Source of the DNA: an uncultured Nitrososphaerota archaeon
GTDB lineage: Archaea; Thermoproteota; Nitrososphaeria; Nitrososphaerales; Gagatemarchaeaceae
Assembly (NCBI GenBank): GCA_963838925.1
Contig: CAWISW010000003.1
Location: 512,001-576,000 of the forward strand
Reading direction: 5' to 3'
DNA: 64,000 nt
Shown here: in pieces, positions 21,409 through 30,901 of the stretch
How the letters are laid out: every line of letters starts with the position of its first letter
How positions within the stretch are numbered: position 1 is the first letter of the stretch
Position numbers and translations under genes: made by a program
Notes under the pieces: model-generated
What the model saw: only the letters and a program-made list of their open reading frames with translations
The model's database searches: none
Told to the model about the DNA's origin: nothing

Positions 21409-22644
21409 CTAGAGTTTGCCTTCAGGTCTGCTCGTGACCGCTGGTCTTTCGATTTCGTGCGGCTCGCTCGTCTCTCCGAAGTAAGCGTCCATCAGCCAGC
21501 TCCATCCTCCCTGAATCGTGGACCAGTATATCTTCGCGAACTCCCTTTTCATTTCGTATCGCAGGAACGTTGGCTCTTCCCGCTTCGGCGCGGCCTCGTA
21601 GGTTCCGGAGACAAACAGCGCTTTCCGTCCTCCCGTCTCCATCGGACAGTTGATTCTCCCATTGTATTCGAAGACTTCGCTGCTCCCCTTGAGGTCAGCG
21701 GCGACGTTCTTTGCGACAGCTTCAGCCTGCAGGTGAGCCACTACCCCTGACTTTGAGATCGCTATGTTGGTGGCGTCGCCGAGCGCATATCCATCCGGGT
21801 GGTCTTTCATTCTCATCGTGTGCTTATCGGCGGGTATCCATCCCTCCTCGTCGCCGATTCCCGAAGCTAAGACCACATCGGCTCCTCTGTGCGGAGGCAC
21901 CGCGATCAGCAGGTCGTAGTCCTCGCTCTCGCCCTCGAGACTGTAGATTTTCTTTGCCGCTGGGTCAACGTGGTCCGCGGCGAAAAAGGGGACTAGCTCG
22001 ATTCCCCTCTTCTCGAACATTGGTTGTATCACCTCCGAGATGTGCTCGGCGGGGTATGCCCTGGGGTAGGGAGTGAGGAACTTGACCTGCACTGATCCCC
22101 TGACGCCCCGCTTGCGGAAGAACTCGTCAAGCATGAACGCGGCCTCGTTCGGGGACGGCGGACACTTGTGGGGGACGCTAGTGATGGCTACCACCACCTT
22201 GCCGGTCTTGAACTGCTGAATGGCCTCCCAGATCTTAGACGCCTCCACAGCTCCCGTGTGGAAGTTTAACGAGGCCACAAGCAGCCCGGGCATCAGCTCT
22301 GGTCTGGCGACAGCGCCCGTAGCCAAGACGATGTAGTCGTATGACAAAGTTGAACCCCGCCGAGTCGTCACAACCTTCGCTTTCATATCGATACGGGCCG
22401 CTCCCTCGTTGACGTATTTCACGCCCTTCTTGAGGAGGGTCGTTTCGCGGCGAACGGCAATCTTGGGGTTTGCTCCCTTGAATGCAATGTCGAGGTTGGC
22501 AGGCTGGAAGGTGTGTTCGTCCCCTTCGCCGACGAGCTGAATGCTGATTTCTCCGAGGCGGATTTGCGCCTTGAACTCCTGCGCCAAGAGGTTCGCTAGG
22601 AGGGTGCCGCCCGCTCCTGCCCCAACTATCAGGACACGCTTCAA
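21409..22644 (-). CDS. Sulfide:quinone oxidoreductase-like flavoprotein (type III-like)
   Basis: GAGAGG FAD motif, KCPPSP and INCPMETG cysteines, YALGDAT..SKSG. Confidence 0.8.
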   Translation of the reverse strand: MKRVLIVGAGAGGTLLANLLAQEFKAQIRLGEISIQLVGEGDEHTFQPANLDIAFKGANPKIAVRRETTLLKKGVKYVNEGAARIDMKAKVVTTRRGSTLSYDYIVLATGAVARPELMPGLLVASLNFHTGAVEASKIWEAIQQFKTGKVVVAITSVPHKCPPSPNEAAFMLDEFFRKRGVRGSVQVKFLTPYPRAYPAEHISEVIQPMFEKRGIELVPFFAADHVDPAAKKIYSLEGESEDYDLLIAVPPHRGADVVLASGIGDEEGWIPADKHTMRMKDHPDGYALGDATNIAISKSGVVAHLQAEAVAKNVAADLKGSSEVFEYNGRINCPMETGGRKALFVSGTYEAAPKREEPTFLRYEMKREFAKIYWSTIQGGWSWLMDAYFGETSEPHEIERPAVTSRPEGKL

Positions 22645-22648
22645 GGCG

Positions 22649-22897
22649 TTACGCTTTCTTTTTGGTGACTCGAACGACTATCCGAGTGTAGCCCTTCTCT
22701 TCGGCAGTCTCGATGAGCTGGTTTCCCGTGTGCGCCGCCCAGGCCTGAATGTCGCTCTTCGCGGCGGGGTCGGTCGCCCAGACCTCGAGAACCGCGCCGA
22801 CCTCTGCGGTCCTATACGCCTTGAATAGGTCTGTTAGGGGGCCTGGACAGAAGCTACCCCTAGAGTCGATGACCTTCTTCTGGCTGGCCTGCGCCAT
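22649..22897 (-). CDS. tusA: TusA family sulfur carrier
   Basis: IDSRGSFCPGP, ATDP..DI.AW. Confidence 0.88.
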   Translation of the reverse strand: MAQASQKKVIDSRGSFCPGPLTDLFKAYRTAEVGAVLEVWATDPAAKSDIQAWAAHTGNQLIETAEEKGYTRIVVRVTKKKA

Positions 22898-22910
22898 TCC
22901 CTATCGCCGC

Positions 22911-23366
22911 TCAGATGAAGATCGTCTGGCCGTTCTCGGCAAGGTGGAGGAATGTGGACGCGCCCACGATATCGTCGACCTCGGGAATGAAGTCTTCCTT
23001 CTTGAGGCCCATCATCTCCATAGTGGTCGAGCAGGCATGGAAGTGAACACCCATGTCGTGAGCATTCGCTATCATCTCGGGTATCGTTGGGATCTTCAAC
23101 TGTCTTATCGCGCCCTTCACCATTGGAGTGGTCATGCCTGGGCTCGCATCGGGGCCGACCTCGAGACTGGCTTCTGTTTTTTTGTTAATCACAGCCATCC
23201 CCCAAAAAGTGAAGAATATGTGAACCTCCATTCCCATGGCGCCCCCTGCGTTCGCCAGCATGAACGCTGGATAGGCCATATCGAGCGATCCCTTTGAAAG
23301 GATTATCGAAAGTTTGCCTCCCTCCTTAGTTTCAGGTTCTGTCTTACCCGTTGTAATTTGTGCCAA
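22911..23366 (-). CDS. DsrE/DsrF/DrsH-like (DsrE2-type) protein
   Basis: IFFTFWG, ACSTTMEMMG, IVGASTFL. Confidence 0.85.
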   Translation of the reverse strand: MAQITTGKTEPETKEGGKLSIILSKGSLDMAYPAFMLANAGGAMGMEVHIFFTFWGMAVINKKTEASLEVGPDASPGMTTPMVKGAIRQLKIPTIPEMIANAHDMGVHFHACSTTMEMMGLKKEDFIPEVDDIVGASTFLHLAENGQTIFI

Positions 23367-23671
23367 TATGATTCACTGTCGTTACAATAAACGCATCGAA
23401 TTATTTAAACTGGGGACGCAATTCTCACCTTTGAGAAGGGCGCACTAGAGACGGGAGTTTCTCTTCTAGATTACTCCAAGCAGTAGATTGCTCGGCCGGA
23501 TGGGATTCGTCTCTTGTTCTCCTGTACGCGGACATTCTTTGGAGCTAGGTCCGACAACTCTCCATGGGCATGGACAGCGTTTGACAGGGGGGTTCATGGG
23601 CTGGTATCTGGGATCCTCGAAGCAATCTGCCTCACAGGGAAGCGTTTTATTTCATCATCCAGAAGAAGAGC

Positions 23672-24004
23672 ATGAGGAACATGAAGATTGGACTTGTGAT
23701 CTCCACGAGCGAGCCAGAGCTCGCATGGAACGCTTTCAGATATGGGGTGAAAGCCATCGAGAACAAGCATTCCGTAAGGGCCTTCCTGCTCGGAAGGGGC
23801 GTCGAGTGCGAAGAGATCGAGGATGACAAGTTCAACGTCAAGAAGATGATGGCCGAGTTTGTCGACGCAGGAGGAACCATCCTAGCTTGCGGAACCTGTC
23901 TGAAGATTCGGAAGAAGGGTGGGACAGAACTCTGTCCAATCTCCACAATGCAGGACATGGTGGACCTCACAGTGGACTCCGACCGAGTTCTCACGTTTGG
24001 CTGA
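23672..24004 (+). CDS. DsrE family protein
   Basis: WNAFR, FLLGRGVE, ACGTCL, CPISTM. Confidence 0.82.
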   Translation: MRNMKIGLVISTSEPELAWNAFRYGVKAIENKHSVRAFLLGRGVECEEIEDDKFNVKKMMAEFVDAGGTILACGTCLKIRKKGGTELCPISTMQDMVDLTVDSDRVLTFG

Positions 24005-24257
24005 ATAAAGGACGCACAAATTCCTCTGCTGAGCGTCGCAAAGGCGCGAACTCACAGGCAATCCGGAAACGGAGTCGACAAGTTGCAACAACCTCTACCA
24101 ATTACGCTCGCTTAGCGACGCCCCCTTCTCAGGTAACCCGCGTCATTCATTAGCAGTATAGTGCCGAGGCGCAATTGTCAAGGATTAGGACTTTCCTGGG
24201 TGAATTGTCATCGTTCGAGCCTTACGAGTCAAACAGAGTCTAAACTAGGCTATTTGC

Positions 24258-24276
24258 TGTGGACCGGGGGGACTCG
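24258..24276 (-). repeat. att-like copy of tRNA-Ala(GGC) 3' end
   Basis: + strand TGTGGACCGGGGGGACTCG; one G shorter than the tRNA copy. Confidence 0.8.
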
Positions 24277-24492
24277 CCCAAAATAATTAGGGTGTGCTTA
24301 TAGGGGATGGTATCCAATAACCTCTGAAAGCTCGAAAAATACTGCGATCGGTGGATGAATGCCGAAGGCAGGAATACAACCCGCGGGTTCAAATCTCCAG
24401 CGTATTTTCGACCGGTCATCAAATCATTTGACTAGAATCGAGCGCTTGTCGGTGAAGGATTCCTGGGTGGTTTTCGAAATCTTGACTGATTG

Positions 24493-25359
24493 CTAAGCTA
24501 CCACGATCGTTCCGGTTCCGCTCGTTGGGTGTTCCGTGTCCATGTATGTGTATGTCCCGCCTTGAGTGAGTGTGATGCTCCAAAGATTGTATGATGATAA
24601 CGTAGGAGAGGTCGTGCTTACTATGCTTGTGAAACTTATTGTCTTGTCACCCGAATCGGCCTCACCGCACCAATTATGCGGAGCATCTGTGTTGTAGAAG
24701 TAGACGGTCGAGCCCGTCGGCACAGTCACGTTGGACGGGTTGAATGCGTAATATGAGAGGTACACTAGGTACTGAACGACTCTCACTTGAATAGAGGTAG
24801 ACTCAACCTGATTTCCCGAAGTAGCCGTCACGTTTAGCGTGTAGTTGCCCGCGTTCTCCGAACTGGGGGCACTGAGAAAGATTTGGCTCATTTGGACCTG
24901 CCCACCACCAAGCGCGACCGAGGGGAATTCGAACGACACCCCCAGACCACCCGAAACTGTCCCGGTGAGGGATACTGTCTCGCTTCCACTGGTAACCGGA
25001 TTAATCGTTAGGACCAGATCGTTAGTGCTGTCGCCGGGTGCCAGGACAAACTGATTGGTGTTCGCCGTCAAGCTGAAAGCAAAAGCTGCCTGTGACGTCG
25101 ACGACTGAGTTGTAACCTTTGAGGTAGAAGAGGTAGACGTAGCATTGCCAGTGGTCGTTGTCGATGTTGTCACGCTGCTTGTTGAACTGGAACCCGTTGT
25201 GGTCGAAGTCGACTGCTCCGAAATCGAGCTAGTGGTGGTTGTATTCGACTTGGAACTCGCTCCAGAGAGTGCGAAGTATGCTCCTGCTGCGACGACGATT
25301 ATCACAACAAGTGCGACAGTCGCTATGATTGGGGTTCCGATGCCGGCCCGCGTCTTCAC
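24493..25359 (-). CDS. Membrane-anchored S/T-rich protein with Ig-like domain and C-terminal cupredoxin-like domain
   Basis: N-terminal TM helix, S/T linker, FNPSNVTVPTGSTV..NTD..H, GTYTY...HP..GTIVV. Confidence 0.7.
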   Translation of the reverse strand: MKTRAGIGTPIIATVALVVIIVVAAGAYFALSGASSKSNTTTTSSISEQSTSTTTGSSSTSSVTTSTTTTGNATSTSSTSKVTTQSSTSQAAFAFSLTANTNQFVLAPGDSTNDLVLTINPVTSGSETVSLTGTVSGGLGVSFEFPSVALGGGQVQMSQIFLSAPSSENAGNYTLNVTATSGNQVESTSIQVRVVQYLVYLSYYAFNPSNVTVPTGSTVYFYNTDAPHNWCGEADSGDKTISFTSIVSTTSPTLSSYNLWSITLTQGGTYTYMDTEHPTSGTGTIVVA

Positions 25360-25366
25360 GCGTTTC

Positions 25367-25957
25367 TCACCAATTCCGAACTTCGGTTCCAGTCTTTGGC
25401 GACCATTGCGAACGGCAACAGGTCGATAAACATGTATACATAAACGAACCTCCCCGGGCTACTTGTAGGTGCTCAGCGCCCACATTCCGAAGATGGATAC
25501 GGAAAAGAAAGAGCACTGTGGCACTTGCAAGAAGAGCTGAAGACCCTAGAACCGAGGTCCCTCCCAATGCTGTGACCAGCCCACCACTATTCGTCACACC
25601 GGCTGTCTGAGTCGAATTGCTGCTGGATGTCATGAGGAAAGTGAAGTGGAAAGACGGCATCTGCTCCGGATGGTCCTGCGGAGTCAGCAGCGGGTACCTG
25701 TACTCTACAACCTGCTGCGAGGCAAAGTTCGAGCCACCCCACCACTCCGACGGATACAGATCGATCGTGTGTATTCCAGGCTCACCCGTGGCGACGATCG
25801 TTACTGTCACGTTCCCGCCGCTGTTGAACCCGCACGCGTATCCGATGTACGAGTTGTCGTAATCGACGGCGACTATGTTTGTGTTGAAGTCCCATCCCAC
25901 TCCGTGCATTATGACCTGGATCTGCGTACCCTGCGGTCCTTGAGTCGTGCTCAGCAC
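25367..25957 (-). pseudogene. 5'-truncated fragment of a secreted/membrane-anchored protein
   Basis: Starts mid-domain next to the repeat arm at 25974; beta-rich domain, S/T linker and C-terminal hydrophobic stretch; no signal peptide. Confidence 0.5.
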
Positions 25958-25973
25958 GGCGCTTCTCTGGATG

Positions 25974-26044
25974 AAATAAGCTCAAATCTAGCCTATTTAG
26001 CCGTAAATAGCTCACTTTAAGCTCAAAAGTGTGGACCGGGGGGG
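25974..26044. repeat. Phased-repeat arm plus att copy; ~80% identical to 32286-32357
   Basis: AAATAAGCTCAAATCTAGCCTATTTAGCCGTAAATAGCTCACTTTAAGCTCAAAAGTGTGGACCGGGGGGG. Confidence 0.85.
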
Positions 26045-26288
26045 TTCCGCCCCTTGCAAGGGGCGAGTCCCTGGCCAAACTCTGAGTAGGTCTGGAACCC
26101 TTGCCGTTCCACACCTTTGTCCATTGGATATACTTGGAACGCCCCGTATTTATGCGCCTATTTCTAGAATCCGGGCCAAGCTTCGATACGACTTTGTCGC
26201 CATTGTGCTGGTCGACCTCGATGGGCACTCTGGGCATCACAGGACTTGTATAAACTTATATAGACAGTTAGCTTGCATTTACACAGGT

Positions 26289-26585
26289 ATGACGCTTCAG
26301 ACCGCACGTCACAGCGGCATCTTGATCAAGAGAGTGTTGCACGAGCCGAAGATATCTACCGTGATGATGATAGAGAAGGCAATCCTCGACCATGAGGACT
26401 ATCCAACGAGGACGGAGCTCTGGAACTCCCTCCCGAAGAAGGTCCAGTATCAGACCTTCCAGAGGGCCCTCCAATATCTCGAGAGTCACGGCACCATCGT
26501 CATCAACGACGAGGGACAGATTTTCTACACGGGGGTAAACAACCCGAAGCTCAGGAAGCTGCTCGCGACGAGCGTGCCGGCCTAA
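26289..26585 (+). CDS. Winged-HTH protein, putative antitoxin/regulator
   Basis: TELWNSLPKKVQYQTFQRALQYLESHGTI; TTATATA upstream of ATG 26289. Confidence 0.65.
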   Translation: MTLQTARHSGILIKRVLHEPKISTVMMIEKAILDHEDYPTRTELWNSLPKKVQYQTFQRALQYLESHGTIVINDEGQIFYTGVNNPKLRKLLATSVPA

Positions 26586-26589
26586 TACC

Positions 26590-26913
26590 TCAATAACCGA
26601 ACCTTTCCTCATAGCTCTTGTGATTCAGGGCTTCGAGCACAAGCACGGAAACCTCGTCGCCGTCCCGAACGAGCGTGTAAATCGCCCTGAAGCCCTCTGG
26701 GAGGTGGTAGCGGAACAGGTTGTTCACGCCGAACCTTCTCATGTAGCGCTGGGGAATCAGGTTCTTTCGGACGCTCTCGCCTGCGAACATGTTTTCCAGA
26801 AGGACTAGCTTCATGTCGTCAAGCCACTTCCGCTCCGCGTCGTTCTGCGGAAGACTGTCGAGGTGAGCCTGGAGCCCTCCTTCGAACTTGACTGATTTCG
26901 GGGCTCTAGCGAT
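26590..26913 (-). CDS. RelE/ParE-like toxin
   Basis: NNLFRYHLPEGFRAIYTL..HKSYEERFGY; frame open to 26916, first ATG only at 26814, so start uncertain. Confidence 0.6.
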   Translation of the reverse strand: MARAPKSVKFEGGLQAHLDSLPQNDAERKWLDDMKLVLLENMFAGESVRKNLIPQRYMRRFGVNNLFRYHLPEGFRAIYTLVRDGDEVSVLVLEALNHKSYEERFGY

Positions 26914-27533
26914 TGCTCATCCCGCCCATTCGAAAGACACCACCGGCATAGTAAAGCGTTCTGAGCCGGCCCGGATAGAAGACAGAGGAAGTGGCGGTAC
27001 TAGGAAGGCTGGCATACCCCTCCGCTCCTGATTTGAATAGAAGGCGGAGGGTTCCGCCTCTAAGCAGAAGTGGACGAGGAGGCTCGGCCGATTATTCGTC
27101 CGAGTCTTCGGCCTCCCATGCCCAAAGACCCGTTGCTCACCAATGAATGAGGTCGCGGCAATAAAAAGACCACGTCGGGCCAGGTATTCCGTCATCCAGC
27201 AAAGGGAGTTCAATTCCGGTGAGATTCAAACCTGAACGGGTTCAATTCCGCCGCGAAGATAGCCGAAATCCACTCGGGCCCCATGTCCAATCGATTCCCG
27301 AGAAGCAGTACCGACAGCTGCACCCGGGCTAGGCGATATGAACTGCGGACGCCATGGGATACAAGCAAGAGCCACCGCCACCATTACCCGGTCGTATTTC
27401 CTCGGACTTGAGCCACTCCGTGCGAGAAACAAGAGGCCCGTAATTGATGTTGAATGGCCGTGCAATATGGACTTGGAATCCACACGGCTTAAAGTCTTCA
27501 TTGCGGCCTTCGAGGAAGTAAGGCGACGCGGCC

Positions 27534-28493
27534 ATGAGCACATCGGAACAACCCCTGATCTCGGTCGAGCAAGTCACCAACGAGAGTTTGGTGGAATTCC
27601 GAGACGTCGATTGCAAGATTTCAGGCAAGAACATCCTGAGAGGAATCACACTAGGCATCGACCGCGGGGAAATAATGGGCATCCTCGGGAGAAACGGCGC
27701 AGGAAAGTCGACGCTTCTCTCCCTCATATCTGGGCTAAGGAGTAGTACATCTGGAGAAATCACAGTGCTGGGGAAAAGAATGCCTTCGCACGCAGACGAG
27801 TCTCGAAGAAGAATGGGCTTTGTCCTTCAAGAGGACGCGCTTTACCAAGAGCTAACCGTCTTCGAGAACTTGAAATTCGCTGCTAGTCTTTACAATCTAG
27901 AAGATTCGCGGAAGAGGATTCTCGAGGTGCTTGAGATTCTCGGCCTCTCAGACCGGCGCGACCAGGTCGTGAGCACTCTTTCAGGAGGCCTCAAGAGGCG
28001 CACTGCCATTGCCCGCGCTTTCCTTCACGACCCGGAGTTGTTCATCATTGATGAGCCTACGCTTGGAGTCGATGCAGATGCGCGTCACGCGGTTTGGGCT
28101 TACCTCCGCCTACTGAGATCGAGGAGGAGGACTGTCATCGTTGCTACCAATTATCTCGACGAGGCGCTGGCTTTGTGCGACCGCGTTGCGGTCTTGGAGA
28201 AAGGTAGGTTGTTGGCGGTCGAAGAGCCCCGCGAGCTGGTGATGCGTACGGGCAGTTGCATCGACGTAGATTGCGACGAGCAGACTGCCAAGAGGATTGC
28301 CTCGGGCCTGACGGGCGCAAGGCAGGTAACCCGCACCGACTTGACCTTGAGCGGGATTTCGCTGTTCTTGGCTAGAGGCACGAAACCAGACGAAGTCTTG
28401 CGGGAATTCGCATCGTACGGCGGCATTGAGGGATTCCGTTTGCGCGCACCTGATCTTTCGGAAGTCTTCAAGTCGTTCGGTACGAGTCCATGA
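27534..28493 (+). CDS. ABC transporter ATP-binding protein
   Basis: GRNGAGKST, LSGGLKRR, IIDEPT. Confidence 0.88.
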   Translation: MSTSEQPLISVEQVTNESLVEFRDVDCKISGKNILRGITLGIDRGEIMGILGRNGAGKSTLLSLISGLRSSTSGEITVLGKRMPSHADESRRRMGFVLQEDALYQELTVFENLKFAASLYNLEDSRKRILEVLEILGLSDRRDQVVSTLSGGLKRRTAIARAFLHDPELFIIDEPTLGVDADARHAVWAYLRLLRSRRRTVIVATNYLDEALALCDRVAVLEKGRLLAVEEPRELVMRTGSCIDVDCDEQTAKRIASGLTGARQVTRTDLTLSGISLFLARGTKPDEVLREFASYGGIEGFRLRAPDLSEVFKSFGTSP

Positions 28494-29593
28494 GCAACCA
28501 AGCGAGCGCCCTGCTTGGTGGGATCAATGCTGAGCTTAACAGGTTGCGCAGATCGCGCCTCCTCATCGCCCTGGTTCTGGTCCAGGCAGTAACGTTTCTC
28601 TTGCTCGTGACGCTTTTCGGCGTTACGGGCGGTTTCGCGCCCACTATAGTGGTGAATCACGACAATGGCACGCTTTCACAGGTGTTCATCACCAACCTAG
28701 AAAATGACCATCACTCGTTCGCCTTGACATTCATGAGCAACGAGACGAGCGCAAAGCAACAGGTTGCGCAGGGAAATTTCGTGGCGATGATCGTCATTCC
28801 ACCGGGGTTTTCGCAGAGCGTCCTTGATGGAAAGACCGTGCCCGTCACTGTCTTTATCGATAACATCAACACCGACATGACCTCGGACATCCAGCGCGCG
28901 ATGCCTTCGGCCATCTTGAGTTTTGGTGAGCAGCTCAAAGTCGAAGGCCTGAACGCGAGCGTGGCCGAGGCCGACACCTACCCACACGATACAAGCTTCA
29001 TCGACTACATGGTTGCGAGCGCTCTAGTGTTGGACGCTCTCATAATCGCAGGCACCTTAAGCGCTCTCTCGGTTGCCGAGGAGTTCGAGTCGAAGACTGC
29101 CAAGCTTCTCGCGGTGTCGCCAGTTCACCCTCTCGTTCCGTTGATAGGCCGGGTCATGGCAACGGCTTTGGTTTCGGCTGGGGCTCTAGCGATTACCGTT
29201 TTCGTTGCCCTCGCTGGTTACGGTATTTCGCCGGTTTACCCTCTTCAGATGGCGGCAGTCCTGCTCTTCTGCGTAGTAATTTTCAGCTGTATCGGCGCCG
29301 CGCTTGGCGCGGTTTTGAAGAGGACGCTTCCCGTGGCCTTGCTCGTTCTGGGCATCGCCCTTCCTTTATTTCTCTACAGCGGCTCATACGAACCGGAACG
29401 GTTCGACGGGACCTACATCTGGCTCGCGGCGCATTTTTCGCCAGAATACTATGCTGTTGGTCTGATGGAGCATGCGGTCTTCAATCTGAAGGTCACTCCT
29501 GAGCCGCTTAGCGTACTCGCCCTCGGCTTGGTCGGGTTTGGGATTGGAGCGTTAGCATTGGCGGGGTTTTACTCCAGAAGAGGGTTTCTATGA
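28490..29593 (+). CDS. ABC-2 (YhgE/YbhR-like) permease
   Basis: TM helix, extracellular domain (FVAMIVIPPGFS), further TM helices; ATGA overlap. Confidence 0.8.
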   Translation: MSNQASALLGGINAELNRLRRSRLLIALVLVQAVTFLLLVTLFGVTGGFAPTIVVNHDNGTLSQVFITNLENDHHSFALTFMSNETSAKQQVAQGNFVAMIVIPPGFSQSVLDGKTVPVTVFIDNINTDMTSDIQRAMPSAILSFGEQLKVEGLNASVAEADTYPHDTSFIDYMVASALVLDALIIAGTLSALSVAEEFESKTAKLLAVSPVHPLVPLIGRVMATALVSAGALAITVFVALAGYGISPVYPLQMAAVLLFCVVIFSCIGAALGAVLKRTLPVALLVLGIALPLFLYSGSYEPERFDGTYIWLAAHFSPEYYAVGLMEHAVFNLKVTPEPLSVLALGLVGFGIGALALAGFYSRRGFL

Positions 29594-30717
29594 AGCTCGG
29601 TTCGCTGTTTACAATCGCTCTGCATGACCTCGCCAGGTGGAGGAAGATGCCCCTCACTGCAGCTGCCGCGCTTGTCCCACCGATCACGATGATGCTGATC
29701 CTCGCGACATTGAGCATTGCAGTCACGCAACAGCCCGTTGCACTGGTTGTGCAAGGGAACGGCCCGGCGTCGACGCGAATGGCTCAAATCATCGAAAATG
29801 ACACCGAAGCATATTATCTCACGTTTACGAACGCGACTACTGCGAACTCGTTGCTCCAGAGCGAGCAGGTCGCTGCCGTCATCACCATCCCAGCAAACTT
29901 CTCAGCAGATGCGGCTAACGGAACTGGAAAGGTCCTCGTCAAGCTCAACAACGTCGACTACGACTTTTCTGACGACATTCGCAGAAGCGTAGACCGGTCT
30001 GTCGTGGAATTCGACGCCCCGACCCTCATCTCGGACAATCTGTTGAACACAACGGTGCCCAACGCGTACCATGTAACTCTCGAGGAGCAGGCCCTCAGGG
30101 TGACTAACGTTGACTGGTTCCACTACCAGCTAGTTCCCACTTTCGTGCTGCTGACCCTCAACGTCGGTCTCGTCGGAACTGCCTTACTGTGCGCGCTCGA
30201 TGAGGAGAGCAAGACCGCCCGTATGCTAGTCCTATCGCCTCAACGAGCTAGGACGCTAGTCTTCGGTCGCATCTTGGGAGGAGTCCTCACATGCTTCGTG
30301 ATCGTGACTCCCGCGGTACTGCTGTCAGTCCTGATCGGTTTCGTCAGCTTGCCAATTGAACAACTACCGGCCCTGTTCGGGATATTTTTGGGGACTGCAT
30401 TGTGTGCAGCAGGTACCGGTGCAATAATCGGTACCCTCGTAAAAGGCACAAGGTATGTCGCGTTTCTCTCCTCAATAGCCGCAACGTATCTGTTCCTCCT
30501 AGGGGGAGGGTTTACTGCGATTGAGTTTGCTCCCCGTTGGCTTCAGAATCTGAGCGCGTTCATCCCGACCCGATATTCTATAGACGCCTTACGGCAGGCC
30601 CTGTTCTATCCCAACCCCACTGGAATTCCCCTGTCGCTCTCGCTTCTTGCGATTTACGCCATCGCCTGCGTCGGGGTTGGCGCGCTCCTCATGAGGCGCT
30701 CTTGGTTGCGCAAATAA
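29590..30717 (+). CDS. ABC-2 permease
   Basis: AVITIPANFS, PRWLQNLSAFIPTRYSIDALR; ATGA overlap. Confidence 0.8.
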   Translation: MKLGSLFTIALHDLARWRKMPLTAAAALVPPITMMLILATLSIAVTQQPVALVVQGNGPASTRMAQIIENDTEAYYLTFTNATTANSLLQSEQVAAVITIPANFSADAANGTGKVLVKLNNVDYDFSDDIRRSVDRSVVEFDAPTLISDNLLNTTVPNAYHVTLEEQALRVTNVDWFHYQLVPTFVLLTLNVGLVGTALLCALDEESKTARMLVLSPQRARTLVFGRILGGVLTCFVIVTPAVLLSVLIGFVSLPIEQLPALFGIFLGTALCAAGTGAIIGTLVKGTRYVAFLSSIAATYLFLLGGGFTAIEFAPRWLQNLSAFIPTRYSIDALRQALFYPNPTGIPLSLSLLAIYAIACVGVGALLMRRSWLRK

Positions 30718-30901
30718 CCCTTCGATTGGGAAAAATAGAACTTGGCCTGCTTATATAACATAGGTCATACACATGCTCCCGTGTGAACTGAGAAGTTGAG
30801 TGACCATGTGATATTTCTTGGTTTACCTCTCCTCATTGAGGGGCTCGCCATTGGCCAGTCATGCGCCTTTGAGGCCGCACATTTTGCAGCACTCCTGATG
30901 A

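Noticed and set aside
26031-26288. SSV-type split integrase fragment starting at the att (MDRGG...)
   Set aside because: No tyrosine-recombinase R-H-x-x-R-Y motifs in frames adjoining any att copy; the real gene probably starts at ATG 26289
27208-27250. Two GTTCAATTCCG copies as a CRISPR or tRNA T-loop remnant
   Set aside because: Only two 11-bp copies, with no array and no flanking tRNA stems
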